From the NCBI GenBank assembly GCA_032718475.1, contig JAUCBJ010007488.1, forward strand, positions 71,131-135,130: a stretch of DNA of 64,000 bases, read 5' to 3'. This stretch comes from Nemertoderma westbladi. Taxonomy: Eukaryota; Animalia; Xenacoelomorpha. A model generated the notes under the pieces. The model was not told the origin of the DNA. It saw only the letters and a program-made list of their open reading frames with translations, and ran no database searches. Below are positions 12,701 to 24,581 of the stretch, in pieces. A program made the translations under genes and the position numbers. Positions within the stretch are counted from its first letter, which is position 1. The number at the start of each line of letters is the position of its first letter.

Positions 12701-14479
12701 GGAGAGGGTGGGGTCCATGGTGCCCAGGATGGAGGCCGTCGGAGAGGGCGGGGTCCATGGTGCCCAGGATGGAGGCCGTCGGAGAGGGTGGGGTCCATGG
12801 TGCCCAGGATGGAGGCCATCGGAGAGGGTGGGGTCCATGGTGCCCAGGATGGAGGCCGTCGGAGAGGGTGGGGTCCATGGTGCCCAGGATGGAGGCCGTC
12901 GGAGAGGGGGGTCCATGGTGCCCAGGATGGAGGCCGTCGGAGAGGGTGGGGTCCATGGTGCCCAGGATGGAGGCCGTCGGAGAGGGTGGGGTCCATGGTG
13001 CCCAGATGGAGGCCGTCGAGAGGGTGGGGTCCATGGTGCCCAATGTGAGGCCGTCGGAGAGGGCGGGGTCCATGGTACCCAGGATGGAGGCCGTCGGAGA
13101 GGGTGGGGTCCATGGTACCCAGATGGAGGCCGTCGGAGAGGGGGGTCCATGGTGCCCAGAATGGAGGCCGTCGAGAGGGTGGGGTCCATGGTGCCCATGG
13201 TGGAGGCTGTCAGAGAGGGCGGGGTCCATGGTGCCCAGGATGGAGGCCGTCGGAGAGGGTGGGGTCCATGGTGCCCAGGATGGAGGCCGTCGGAGAGGGT
13301 GGGGTCCATGGTGCCCAGATGGAGGCCGTCGGAGAGGGCGGGGTCCATGGTGCCCAGGATGGAGGCCGTCGGAGAGGGTGGGGTCCATGGTGCCCAGGAT
13401 GGAGGCCGTCGGAGAGGGTGGGGTCCATGGTGCCCAGGATGGAGGCCGTCGGAGAGGGTGGGGTCCATGGTGCCCAGGATGAAGGCCGTCGGAGAGGGTG
13501 GGGTCCATGGTGCCCAGGATGGAGGCCGTCGGAGAGGGTGGGGTCCATGGTGCCCAGGGTGGAGGCCGTCGGAGAGGGGGGGTCCATGGTGCCCAGAATG
13601 AGGCCGTCGGAGAGGGTGGGGTCCATGGTGCCCAGTGAGGCGTCGGAGGGTGGGGTCCATGGTGCCCAGATGAAGGCCGTCGGAGAGGGTGGGGTCCATG
13701 GTGCCCAGGATGGAGGCCGTCGGAGAGGGTGGGGTCCATGGTGCCCAGGATGGAGGCCGTCGGAGAGGGTGGGGTCCATGGTGCCCAGGATGGAGGCCGT
13801 CGGAGAGGGTGGGGTCCATGGTGCCCAGATGGAGGCCGTCGGAGAGGGTGGGGTCCATGGTGCCCAGGATGGAGGCCGTCGGAGAGGGTGGGGTCCATGG
13901 TGCCCAGGATGGAGGCCGTCGGAGAGGGTGGGGTCCATGGTGCCCGTGGAGGCCGTCGGAGAGGGCGGGGTCCATGGTGCCCAGAATGAAGGCCGTCGGA
14001 GAGGGTGGGGTCCATGGTGCCCAGGATGGAGGCCGTCGGAGAGGGTGGGGTCCATGGTACCCAGATGAAGGCCGTCGGAGAGGGTGGGGTCCATGGTGCC
14101 CAGGATGGAGGCCGTCGGAGAGGGTGGGGTCCATGGTGCCCGAGATGGAGGCCGTCGGAGAGGGTGGGGTCCATGGTGCCCAGGATGGAGGCCGTCGGAG
14201 AGGGTGGGGTCCATGGTGCCCAGATGAAGGCCGTCGGAGAGGGTGGGGTCCATGGTGCCCAGAATGGAGGCCGTCGGAGAGGGTGGGGTCCATGGTGCCC
14301 AGGATGGAGGCCGTCGGAGAGGGTGGGGTCCATGGTACCCGAGATGGAGGCCGTCGGAGAGGGCGGGGTCCATGGTGCCCAGAATGGAGGCCGTCGGAGA
14401 GGGTGGGGTCCATGGTACCCGGGATAGAGGCCCTGTTGCCGATCAGAATTGCAATGAAGAGGCCTTGGTGGAGAAACAT
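9800..14479 (-). mobile_element. 5'-truncated CRE-like non-LTR 3' end whose terminal coding segment is expanded into a minisatellite
   Basis: The unique flanks read FLHQGLFIAILIGNRASIPGTM on entry and ILGTMDPTLSDGIYEFL on exit. This resembles the C-terminal QRLS.AIQRGNA.SILGT motif of CRE-like ORFs. Confidence 0.55.
9857..14430. repeat. GC-rich 40-bp minisatellite, about 110 units
   Basis: Unit GGATGGAGGCCGTCGGAGAGGGTGGGGTCCATGGTGCCCA; period 40 (12001, 12041). Shorter variant units occur in the left third. Confidence 0.95.
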
Positions 14480-14823
14480 ATTATTTATAAGTTATTTAAC
14501 TTATTTGTTTTAAATTAATTGAAAAGATTAAGACTAAATTGAAAAGCAGCAGTCCTACATTTGAATTAAAATTATATAACAATTTTATTATAAATTGCAT
14601 TATAAATTAGAATTTAAATCAAAGTTTAATGATATGATAATCAATGTTAAGAATAATCAATAATGTTTTTTTTTACATATTTTTCGATGACCTCAGATGA
14701 CCTCAGATGACCTCGATCTCGATGACCCCAGAAAAAGAAGTCAAAATAACATTTGTTTATTCGCAACATTATTTTATCATGTATTTAAAGAACATTATAG
14801 GTAAGGTGGGGATTCAAGGTTCT

Positions 14824-14945
14824 CACCCACCGACAAGTAACAAAAAGAAAGGGTATTATTACAGCGAGCCTTCCTCAGGCTTTCTGAGAAAACAGAAAGG
14901 CTCGCTGTAATAATACCCTTTCTTTTTGTTACTTGTCGGTGGGTG
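14824..14945. repeat. Perfect 49-bp inverted repeat with a 24-nt loop, probably a DNA transposon end remnant
   Basis: CACCCACCGACAAGTAACAAAAAGAAAGGGTATTATTACAGCGAGCCTT (14824-14872) and its exact reverse complement (14897-14945). Imperfect pairing extends to TTCAAGGT/ACCTTGAA. Confidence 0.85.
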
Positions 14946-15111
14946 TAGACCTTGAACTACATTTGTTATATTAATTAAATTATTTTTCATCAAACTGAAT
15001 TAAATTCTGATAGTTATACTAGAATGCTACGCCGGCCGGGTACCATGCGCACATCTCCAATCTTTACTTTTAGTACACTCTACTATTATTATTTAAATTT
15101 AATTTATTTAA

Positions 15112-15840
15112 GGGGGGGGGGGGGGGTACACCATTTTGGTCAAAAATATGTCGAATTTTTTTTATGATCTATTATAATGCACCATTGAATGGTGTTTCCA
15201 AATCTGAAAACCGCTATTTAATAGCTCTTTTAGTTTTTAAGTTATAACAATTTCCATTTAGGGATTCCTATTGAAATTACTATTACTATGTATAATGAAA
15301 GGTCGATTATCTCAAAATATTTTTTTTATGAAATTGTCAACTTCAAAACCCTACTACTTCTACAATTTTTGAGCAATTAGTCTGAAACTTTCTGTGGGTG
15401 TCTACATAGCCACCCTGCATAAAAGTATCAGACAACTTTTCGAAATTATTTGTTAATAAAATTTAATACTATTTATAACAAACCTAAAAATTAGGCATAA
15501 ATTTGCAGCGCCACCTAGCGGTGCAGAATTATTTTCACAAAATTTCGCCTGATAGTTATGTTGCCCCATCTTTGATCTATCATATAAAAAAACTTTCATG
15601 TGATTAGATTCAAAACTGTAAAAGCCTTAGGGTTTTAAGCGCAACCAAGTTTTTTTTGTTGTTAACTAGTATTAACTAATATTAAATAGCGAAAAATAAA
15701 AATTTTCTAACCTGTCATGTAGAATAGCATCTTAGGCACTTATATTCCAAATTATAGCCAAAACCAAACAATTTTGAAACGCTGAGAGTGATAAATCGAA
15801 GAGTTGTCCGAAAATGGTGTACCCCCCCCCCCCCCCCCCC
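15112..15840. mobile_element. Non-autonomous TTAA-targeting DNA transposon (Kolobok-like MITE)
   Basis: TTAA at 15108-15111 and 15841-15844. TIRs are G(n)TACACCATTTT and AAAATGGTGTAC(n). GG termini with a TTAA TSD fit Kolobok. Confidence 0.75.
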
Positions 15841-16013
15841 TTAATTTATTTATTTATTTGGGTTATCGGGCCGAGACCCATTGTACATACTGATATATCA
15901 TATCACTGAGATTTTAATCCAGGCATATTGCCTATATTGCCTGCCGTACAAATACTTAAGACAAATAAAATCAAATAATAGTGAATTAACGATTATTCAA
16001 TTAACGATTATTG

Positions 16014-17285
16014 AAACGATTATTACACCCTGAAACGATTATTACACCCTGAAACGATTATTACACCCTGAAACGATTATTACACCCTGAAACGATTATT
16101 ACACCCTGAAACGATTATTACACCCTGAAACGATTATTACACCCTGAAACGATTATTACACCCTGAAACGATTATTACACCCTGAAACGATTATTACACC
16201 CTGAAACGATTATTACACCCTGAAACGATTATTACACCCTGAAACGATTATTACACCCTGAAACGATTATTACACCCTGAAACGATTATTACACCCTGAA
16301 ACGATTATTACACCCTGAAACGATTATTACACCCTGAAACGATTATTACACCCTGAAACGATTATTACACCCTGAAACGATTATTACACCCTGAAACGAT
16401 TATTACACCCTGAAACGATTATTACACCCTGAAACGATTATTACACCCTGAAACGATTATTACACCCTGAAACGATTATTACACCCTGAAACGATTATTA
16501 CACCCTGAAACGATTATTACACCCTGAAACGATTATTACACCCTGAAACGATTATTACACCCTGAAACGATTATTACACCCTGAAACGATTATTACACCC
16601 TGAAACGATTATTACACCCTGAAACAATTATTACACCCTGAAACAATTATTACACCCTGAAACGATTATTACACCCTGAAACGATTATTACACCCTGAAA
16701 CGATTATTACACCCTGAAACGATTATTACACCCTGAAACGATTATTACACCCTGAAACGATTATTACACCCTGAAACGATTATTACACCCTGAAACGATT
16801 ATTACACCCTAAACGATTATTACACCCTGAAACAATTATTACACCCTGAAACGATTATTACACCCTGAAACGATTATTACACCCTGAAACGATTATTACA
16901 CCCTAAACGATTATTACACCCTGAAACGATTATTACACCCTGAAACGATTATTACACCCTGAAACAATTATTACACCCTGAAACAATTATTACACCCTGA
17001 AACGATTATTACACCCTGAAACGATTATTACACCCTGAAACGATTATTACACCCTGAAACGATTATTACACCTTGAAACAATTATTACACCCTGAAACGA
17101 TTATTACACCCTGAAACGATTATTACACCCTGAAACGATTATTACACCCTGAAACGATTATTACACCCTGAAACGATTATTACACCCTGAAACGATTATT
17201 ACACCCTGAAACGATTATTACACCCTGAAACGATTATTACACCCTAAACGATTATTACACCCTGAAACGATTATTACACCCTGAA
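16014..17285. repeat. 19-bp minisatellite, about 67 near-identical copies
   Basis: Unit GAAACGATTATTACACCCT. Two partial AACGATTATT copies lie immediately upstream. Confidence 0.97.
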
Positions 17286-18050
17286 CACGAGGAGAAATCT
17301 AAAACACAAGAAAATGTTAAGAATTAACCGACTAAGATTCTACTTATATGCCTACAATTATAAATGATTAATTATAAATTATAATCATTAAATTCTTGGA
17401 ATTTATAATACGCAATTTAAGATTAATATGTAATGTATAATATTGTACATAAATATATATAATGATACTAATATTGAACAACATCCTGATAGCATTTTTG
17501 TAGGCTACCATTAGATCACATTACACTGACACTACCCTATTCATGAATACATTAAACACATTAAAGTACATAATATATACAGTATAAAAACACATTAAAC
17601 ATTTAAAAACACCTCAAAAAATTGGTCCCTGTCTCCCCCCCCCCCCCCCCCCCCCTTTAGTATTGATCATCGCACTACAAAAAGTTTAAATATAAATATA
17701 ATATTCAAATGCAACAATAAAAATGTTAACAGCTAGATTTATAATTAAAAATGAATTTGATACCGACGTGTTCAGTTTTAACAGATTTATTACAGTAGGA
17801 ATTGCCTAGGGTTAGAACCAAGCCACATATATTCAATGTGATACATCATATTTATGACAGGAAACTAATTGAATTGTAATAAAACGCATAAATCAAGCGC
17901 CTTTCATTATTCAGACTCTAAATACCCCAGGCAATTAATTCCATTTCATTTACATAAATTAGGCTAATTGTATGCCGGAATAAAAAACAACAAATCATTT
18001 AATTTTTAATTTAAACAAATCTACATACCGTAGCAGATCTGAGTCGGCAA

Positions 18051-18124
18051 TGACGTCCAGGTGGGATCAAACTGGTGACCTCCGGGTTGGAAGTCTGACG
18101 CTCTAACCATTCAGCTAGCGGCTC
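18051..18124 (-). mobile_element. tRNA-derived SINE head or tRNA pseudogene
   Basis: The minus strand reads GAGCCGCTAGCTGAATGGTTAGAGCGTCAGACTTCCAACCCGGAGGTCACCAGTTTGATCCC. It has an A box TAGCTGAATGG and a degenerate B box AGTTTGATCC at tRNA spacing, but the stems do not pair well. Confidence 0.65.
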
Positions 18125-18289
18125 AGGTAAAATATAGACCTGGAAATACTATCTGATACATTGTATGACTCAATTTACCTCCTCATGGCCTCCCATCTGT
18201 CAATACCATCATATGCTGCCACTGTGCTCAACCCTTCTGTTGGCCGTCTTTAAGTTGCTTTAGGTCTCAGTTGAACCTATTGTATGAGA

Positions 18290-18586
18290 CCGCGCACTGC
18301 GCACTCTACTGTATTGGACCGAGCACCGAGCGCCGTGCACCGCGCACCGCGCACCGCGCACCGCGCACAGCGCACCGCGCACCGCGCACCGCGCACCGCG
18401 CACAGCGCACCACACACCGCGCACCGCGCACCGAGCACCGCGCACCGCGCACCGCGCACCGCGCACCGCGCACCGCGCACCGCGCACCGCGCACCGCGCA
18501 CCGCGCACCGCGCACAGCGCACCACACACCGCGCACCGCGCACCGAGCACCGCGCACCGCGCACCACACACCGCGCACCGCGCACT
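18290..18586. repeat. 7-bp repeat (GCACCGC)n inside the RTE-like fragment
   Basis: More than 35 tandem GCACCGC units with GCACAGC, ACACCGC and GAGCACC variants. Confidence 0.95.
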
Positions 18587-18691
18587 CGCCAATGGTTATC
18601 AAGTTATCAGGCGATACCCTGTCATTATTGAGGAGCTTTTCAAAGTGGGCCTTCCAACCATTGAGGCGATCGGCTGGTGATTCAGCCTTAA

Positions 18692-20483
18692 CCCTATTAA
18701 ACCCGGGGGGGGGGGGGGGGGTCAATATGACCCCCCCCCGTGGTTTTTTTTATTATAATTCTGAAACGACCGCAGTTGGGAATCTGAAATTTTATGACTT
18801 TTCCTAAAAATCTATTGTCTTCCTTGTAGTGAAAACCGTTTTAAAAAATATTGGGTAGTTTTCGAGTTATAGCACCATTTTTTAACCCTACTTTTGGCAC
18901 TTTTTTTGAGACGTTTTTTGAAAATTACATTTCATTAAATATTAATTGTAACATCTCTATTTTTGATTTACACCGGTTTTTTTGTGTTCGCAATTGCATG
19001 GAATTCATATAAATTGATTTAAAAATTTCAAACTTGTTTTTTTCGGCGGGTGCCAAATTTTGGTGCCAGCACCAAATTTTGAAATATGTCAATTTTGTAA
19101 ATTGATTGTTTGAAACTTGTTTTTTACGCAATTGGGGTTCTTTTAGGGTTCTGGATTCGATAAAATATATACGAGTTGCACCAAGCGTATCAAACTTGTA
19201 TTTTTCGGTGCTTTGTGCAAATTTTGGTGCTAGCACTACTACTACTATGATCGGCATGCTGCATTGCAGCTGCATTTTTAAGAATGCTGTGCCGGCTTGT
19301 CAACAAAATTGCACCGCCACAACTCCCTATCACCCATGACATTTGCTAGATCATCCGCATCTTTAAGGCCAGTGTCCTTTAAGATGCGTCTCAAGAAAGT
19401 CATGGGCTGTCCACCATGCTTATTCACTCCATGAGGCTGCCAAAGTACAAGATTATGCACTGGCTGGTCCTCACGGCGAAAGCAATGTCCTGCACGAAAT
19501 AGCTAGCACGAAATTTTGAAAATCCATTATTCAATATATAAAATTGCTTGTGACAATTTATTTCTTGCGTTTTAGAGGTTTATGGCTGTTCTGAATTCAG
19601 TGGAATATATAATTATCGAACTAGACATCTCAAACTTGTACTTTTCGGAAGTGGGTGAAAATGTTGTGCTAGCACCAAATTTGAAAACCATCAAATATAT
19701 CAATTGATTGTGTCCCCTAGTTTCTTGCGGTATACGGGTTTGTTAGGGTTCTGAATTCAATGGAATCAGTAAAAATTTCATAAGAGTTTTCAAACTTGTA
19801 TTTTTCGCCGGTGGGTGAAAATTGTTGTGCCAGCACCACATTTTGGAAAATGAGTAAATTGATCAGTAGATAGTATGACCTTGTTTCTTGCGTTATACGG
19901 GTTTATGAGGGTCCTGAATCCGATGGAATCAATAAAAACAGCACTGGACATCGCAAACTTGTATTTTTTGGTGATGGGTACGAAATTTGGTACTAGCACC
20001 AAAATTTGCCAAATTACGCCGAAAAATACAAGTAGCAATGATCTGGCATATTAGAAATGTATTCCATTAGAATCAACGCCCTAGAAAACCTGAAAATGTG
20101 AATTTATAGCATCGTACAGTATAAGTGGATTAAAAATGTTGTGTTCTAACTGAAAAGTGCTGGTTACTTGTTTTTTTTTCAATTTTTTGCTACGCCGAGA
20201 CGACTAAACAGCCAGTTATGGTAATTATATCATTTTTAAATATTTTGCAATGTATTTTGCGCCCCAGAAAACCTGTATTAAAAAACAATTAGCCGAAAAA
20301 ATTCTAAATCAAATTTTGTGAAAATTGTGCACTACTTGTAATTTTGGTGCTGCAATATAACCACCCCAGTACATTTTTTCGAAAACTTTTTTTTCGGTCC
20401 AATCCAGACTAGTGATACCTACGTACAAACAATTCGTTAATTTTGTTAATATTTGTAGATTTTAGAGGTGAGGGTCAATTTGA

Positions 20484-20515
<32 letters not shown>

Positions 20516-20548
20516 TGTACAGCATTTTATAGCCCGGTACTAATAGGG
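18692..20548. mobile_element. Non-autonomous piggyBac-like element
   Basis: TTAA TSD at 18688-18691 and 20549-20552. TIRs are CCCTATTAAACCCGGG and CCCGGTACTAATAGGG. Subterminal GGGTCA..TGACCC palindromes occur at both ends, and the interior has diverged repeats of roughly 150-160 bp. Confidence 0.85.
19237..19501 (-). mobile_element. 5'-truncated RTE-clade LINE 3' end nested in the piggyBac-like element
   Basis: It reads GHCFRREDQPVHNLVLWQP..GGQPMTF..ILKDTGL..DLANVMGDRELWR. It has a (TAG)n tail (plus-strand CTACTACTACTA) and an 8-bp TSD GCTAGCAC at 19229-19236 and 19502-19509. Confidence 0.8.
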
Positions 20549-21810
20549 TTAACCTTGATGGTTGGTTGGCTTTTCCGCCCAGTAACCAAGTTGGTCGATT
20601 TCCATGCCTGGGATGATTGCCCGCTGTTGTCAGCATCATTGATGGTATCAACCTGTTGGTTTATTAGCTCCTGTATCACTATGGTAGCAGCAGTAATCCT
20701 GATTTCTGTTTGCCTCCCCTCTATATTATAGTGCAGATAATATTAGTGATAACAAGATAAACGAATTAGCAAATAAGATTACACAAGGCAATGAGAACAC
20801 TCCTAGGGGTAGGAAACTGCATTTCTAACAGTGAGACAATAACCCAACACAAATGTAGTAATTACATTATACATTTGTATTACAAAGCAATTACATGCAA
20901 AGTATTACAAATAATTGTAACAATTATTAAACAAGATAGACGCCGCCAACAAACGACAAGACCAACATGATAACCAGCTGATAATAACCGAAAAAAAACA
21001 TTAAAATTATACATGGGGAAAAAAGAAGAGAAAACAATATCGCTCAGGGTGGACATAGGATTTTAGCACTGCCGCTACGAAGTTACATAAGATAACAGGC
21101 AATGATGAAAATTAACTTTTATATAGTTACATAAGATAACACGTTCGTGGGGCCTTCGCGCAGCACGAGGCCCAGTTATGAGATATAAATTAAAATTGAG
21201 CGACTGTATCACAAAATCAGGTTTTGAGAAATTTACCGACACCACCAATCAAAGAAAGGGGGACAGTACGTGTTTACCCCTTTTAATCCCCCCACCCCCC
21301 CCCCCCCACCCTTCTCAACCACCAATACATAACCGCGACATCTACCACCCACGGAAGGGTAGAACGAACTTATTTCCAATCGCACGTTCAATATGCAAAG
21401 CCAGGTGGTTTATAGGAATATAATAAACGCAGTACTCGTCTTAATTATTATAAGCGTCGTTCAATCGTTGCGCTCGTCCAGAGTAAGTCGTCCCCCCCCC
21501 CCCCCCCCCTATCAGAAAGATTTACTCAACAAAAAATAGTGTAAATAAATAAACAACTACAAGGATAAGAGGACATGTGTAGGAAAGCGTGTCTGGGTGG
21601 GTTTGTTAGTATTAGGGTGCACAATATCGACGCACGCGCAGGAATGTGTGATGTTTAATAGCACCGCATTACCGCGTTAGAAAGAATCCCCAATTGGAAA
21701 AAATAAATAAATTAAACGCGTTTCGTTATGTTCCTCGACTTATATTATTCTCTCCACGGACGCTTAGCTGCTAGACAGGTAGATCTAGTCCCCCACAACA
21801 ACGGTCATAC

Positions 21811-22132
<322 letters not shown>

Positions 22133-23620
22133 TTATATACAATCGTATATTAGTTTTATTTATAAATTGAAATATCACGAATAAATAGGCATATTAGCTG
22201 ATTAGTGAACTATCATATGTGTTGGACCATATATATATTATTATATATTGGACCTTATCAAAATAGCGGTTGTACTGGGGCGGTATTTGTTGTTCTCTAA
22301 CCCACTGCAAGCGCATTTGAGGGGCCGGTATGTTTTAATAACTTCTGGTACAACGGGATGCAGTATTACAGCGCCAAGTAGATTTAATCTGTTCAGAATA
22401 TTCCGGACGCTAAGTTCATGTCATTCCCGATAAGTCGGAACTTTACAAAACTCGTGGATAAAACCGCGTGTAGCAGAGAACAGATAAATTGGGTTGAATT
22501 GCAAAACAGAATAATATGGAACTGTAAGTGGAACTGCGGCGATTTGGGTTTTTTTTTATGGTGAATAGTCAGCCTGTCCGCGATATGTTCAGCTGCCCTT
22601 TTTAATGGGTTGCAGGTACAAATAAAATACACATTGCAGTTACTAAAATAAAAGTGGCGCATATTATTGTACATTATTACAACAACAATTATATAAATGC
22701 AATATGCCTGATCCCTATTAATGTACTTTGTACCGCCAATTCTGTAATTCAATAACGCAAAGCCGCGTTTACTGTACAGCAGCACGTAATATATTTGATA
22801 CTTATTAATATACTAACTAGACTAACAAAGCGCAAGGCCTATACTTACCGAAATAAATTAACTTTCAGTTAAATACAATATACTTGTTTGCTCTGTAAAA
22901 ATTTTAATTAAAAACAATCCTGCCATTTAATATACCTAATTAGCATGGTTGCGTAAGCAGTATGAATTGGAATGAAATTGTGAAATAATTTATTTAAACT
23001 ATTATGTACATTTAGATTAAATAATAATACAGTAAGTTGGCCTACAGAAATAAACATTGATATTCGGAACAGTAAAACAATAATTTATTTCATTCATTCA
23101 ACTAACCAGAGAGACTCATAGCTGCAGTGAATATTAACATCCCGACGTTACTTTAGTAATAATATTAATGTCATTGAAAACGATACCTAAATACACCTCC
23201 ACTCTCCAGCCAGCCAGTTGAATGGAGAGTGAGTGAATGGATGGGGAATTAATGCTATCCTACCAGCAGCAGCAGCAGTCTGCCTCTTACAAGCAAGGCT
23301 GAGTGAATACCTCAAGTGTTGCTGGGAAACAAGCCAACTTGGTTGTTAACCAATAAATGAGCAGTATTTAATGAGAATCAATTTTTTAAGCCGTTTTAAT
23401 TACTTTAGATCAATTAAAGACACAATTATTAAAGCAAATCACTTGAACTAATTAAAAACTATAATAGAATGGAGTATGTGGATTACATCTGTATAATTTT
23501 TAAGTATAATTATTGAAGTCTTATACTGTAAAACAATTAATTTCCTTTAAAAGGCAGGTTGAAAATGGTGTTTTTACCGTAATCAACTTAATTAACTAAT
23601 TAACTGCTATTATCATAGCT

Positions 23621-24581
23621 TGTACGCGCTTTTGAAGACCTTTAGCAGTTTAACCTGCCAAAATTTATATGTCTTTTGGTTTATAAATATACTTTAGAAG
23701 TTGACAAATATTTAATACCAATAAACACAACATTAGCAGAAGCCAGCCTAGTGCGCGTCCATTCACCCGCTGGATATACCCGGGGGGCTGGATTCTGAGG
23801 GCTTAGATTATTATTGCAGTGTAAGCTTACTGTATTATTCGATTGATCGTTAATAAATAATTTCTGACTAATATTATTCACTTTCGGGAAATATTAACAG
23901 TTCATTTAGGACGTGGCGCTCTATCTAGATAAACAGAGATATGACTTATACTAATCACAACGGTAAGTCGGTAAGGCTTATAATTCACGTATGAGGCGCA
24001 TTCTTTAGGAAATGCTTAGTTATCAGTCACAATCATGCACACTACCGGTAACACACAATACTGCCGACCGTCAATGAATTTTATCATATATAAAGAGAAC
24101 AGCAACGGATTCATGTAGTGCTTATCAAATAGCATTAAATTCACTACAAACCACAATAATATAAGTCGCAATTGCTATATATATAACCCGTCTCTCTAAC
24201 CTGTAGTGTATCAAGAAAATTGGGAAATTTGGGTTCTTTATAAATGTTCTCCAAATAATAATATTCAACCAAAACACAACAGTAAATAGCATTAAGACGG
24301 TAGGTTAAGATGGTAACACTGTTTGACTGGACCGATATGTGATATGATATGTTAAGAACTGATTGCACTGATAACAGTTATACGCTCTATAATTTAAGCC
24401 TACTAATGTTTCTTCTAAAGTATGAAAACGAGTTGACTCTAGAGCCGGTGTTTCTGGCCTAGATACAAACAACACAACAGTATCAAGAAAAACAGTAAGA
24501 CTGAACACTCCCAGTATGATCGGCAGAAAAGCTCCACATCGACAGAAAAAATCGCTCTGATTGGCTTAAGCTAAACAAAGA
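23621..24581 (-). repeat. LTR type A (3' LTR), truncated by the 69-bp satellite
   Basis: Matches 55729-56703 except for about 4 substitutions and two small indels (2 and 12 bp). The match ends at AAGCTAAACAAAGA. Confidence 0.92.

Larger units (their letters stand above)
18250..20730 (-). mobile_element. RTE-like non-LTR fragment (endonuclease-RT linker), split by a piggyBac-like insertion
   Basis: Removing 18692-20552 joins SQAWKSTNLVTGRKSQPTIKV to KAESPADRLNGWKAHFEKLLN, the AW..N..GRK...W..HF..LL linker pattern. Confidence 0.65.

Noticed and set aside
9772-14518. Pro/Gly-rich ORFs of up to 988 aa
   Set aside because: The 40-bp unit is not a multiple of three, is open in all six frames and has many indels.
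18051-18124. Functional tRNA-Gly(TCC)
   Set aside because: The acceptor, anticodon and T stems do not pair properly and the B box is mutated, so it was kept as a SINE head or pseudogene.
23681-24508. Small ORFs repeated at 55789-56630 (and 43624-43925 repeated at 49938-50299)
   Set aside because: They recur only because they lie inside LTR pairs, and they show no coding features.
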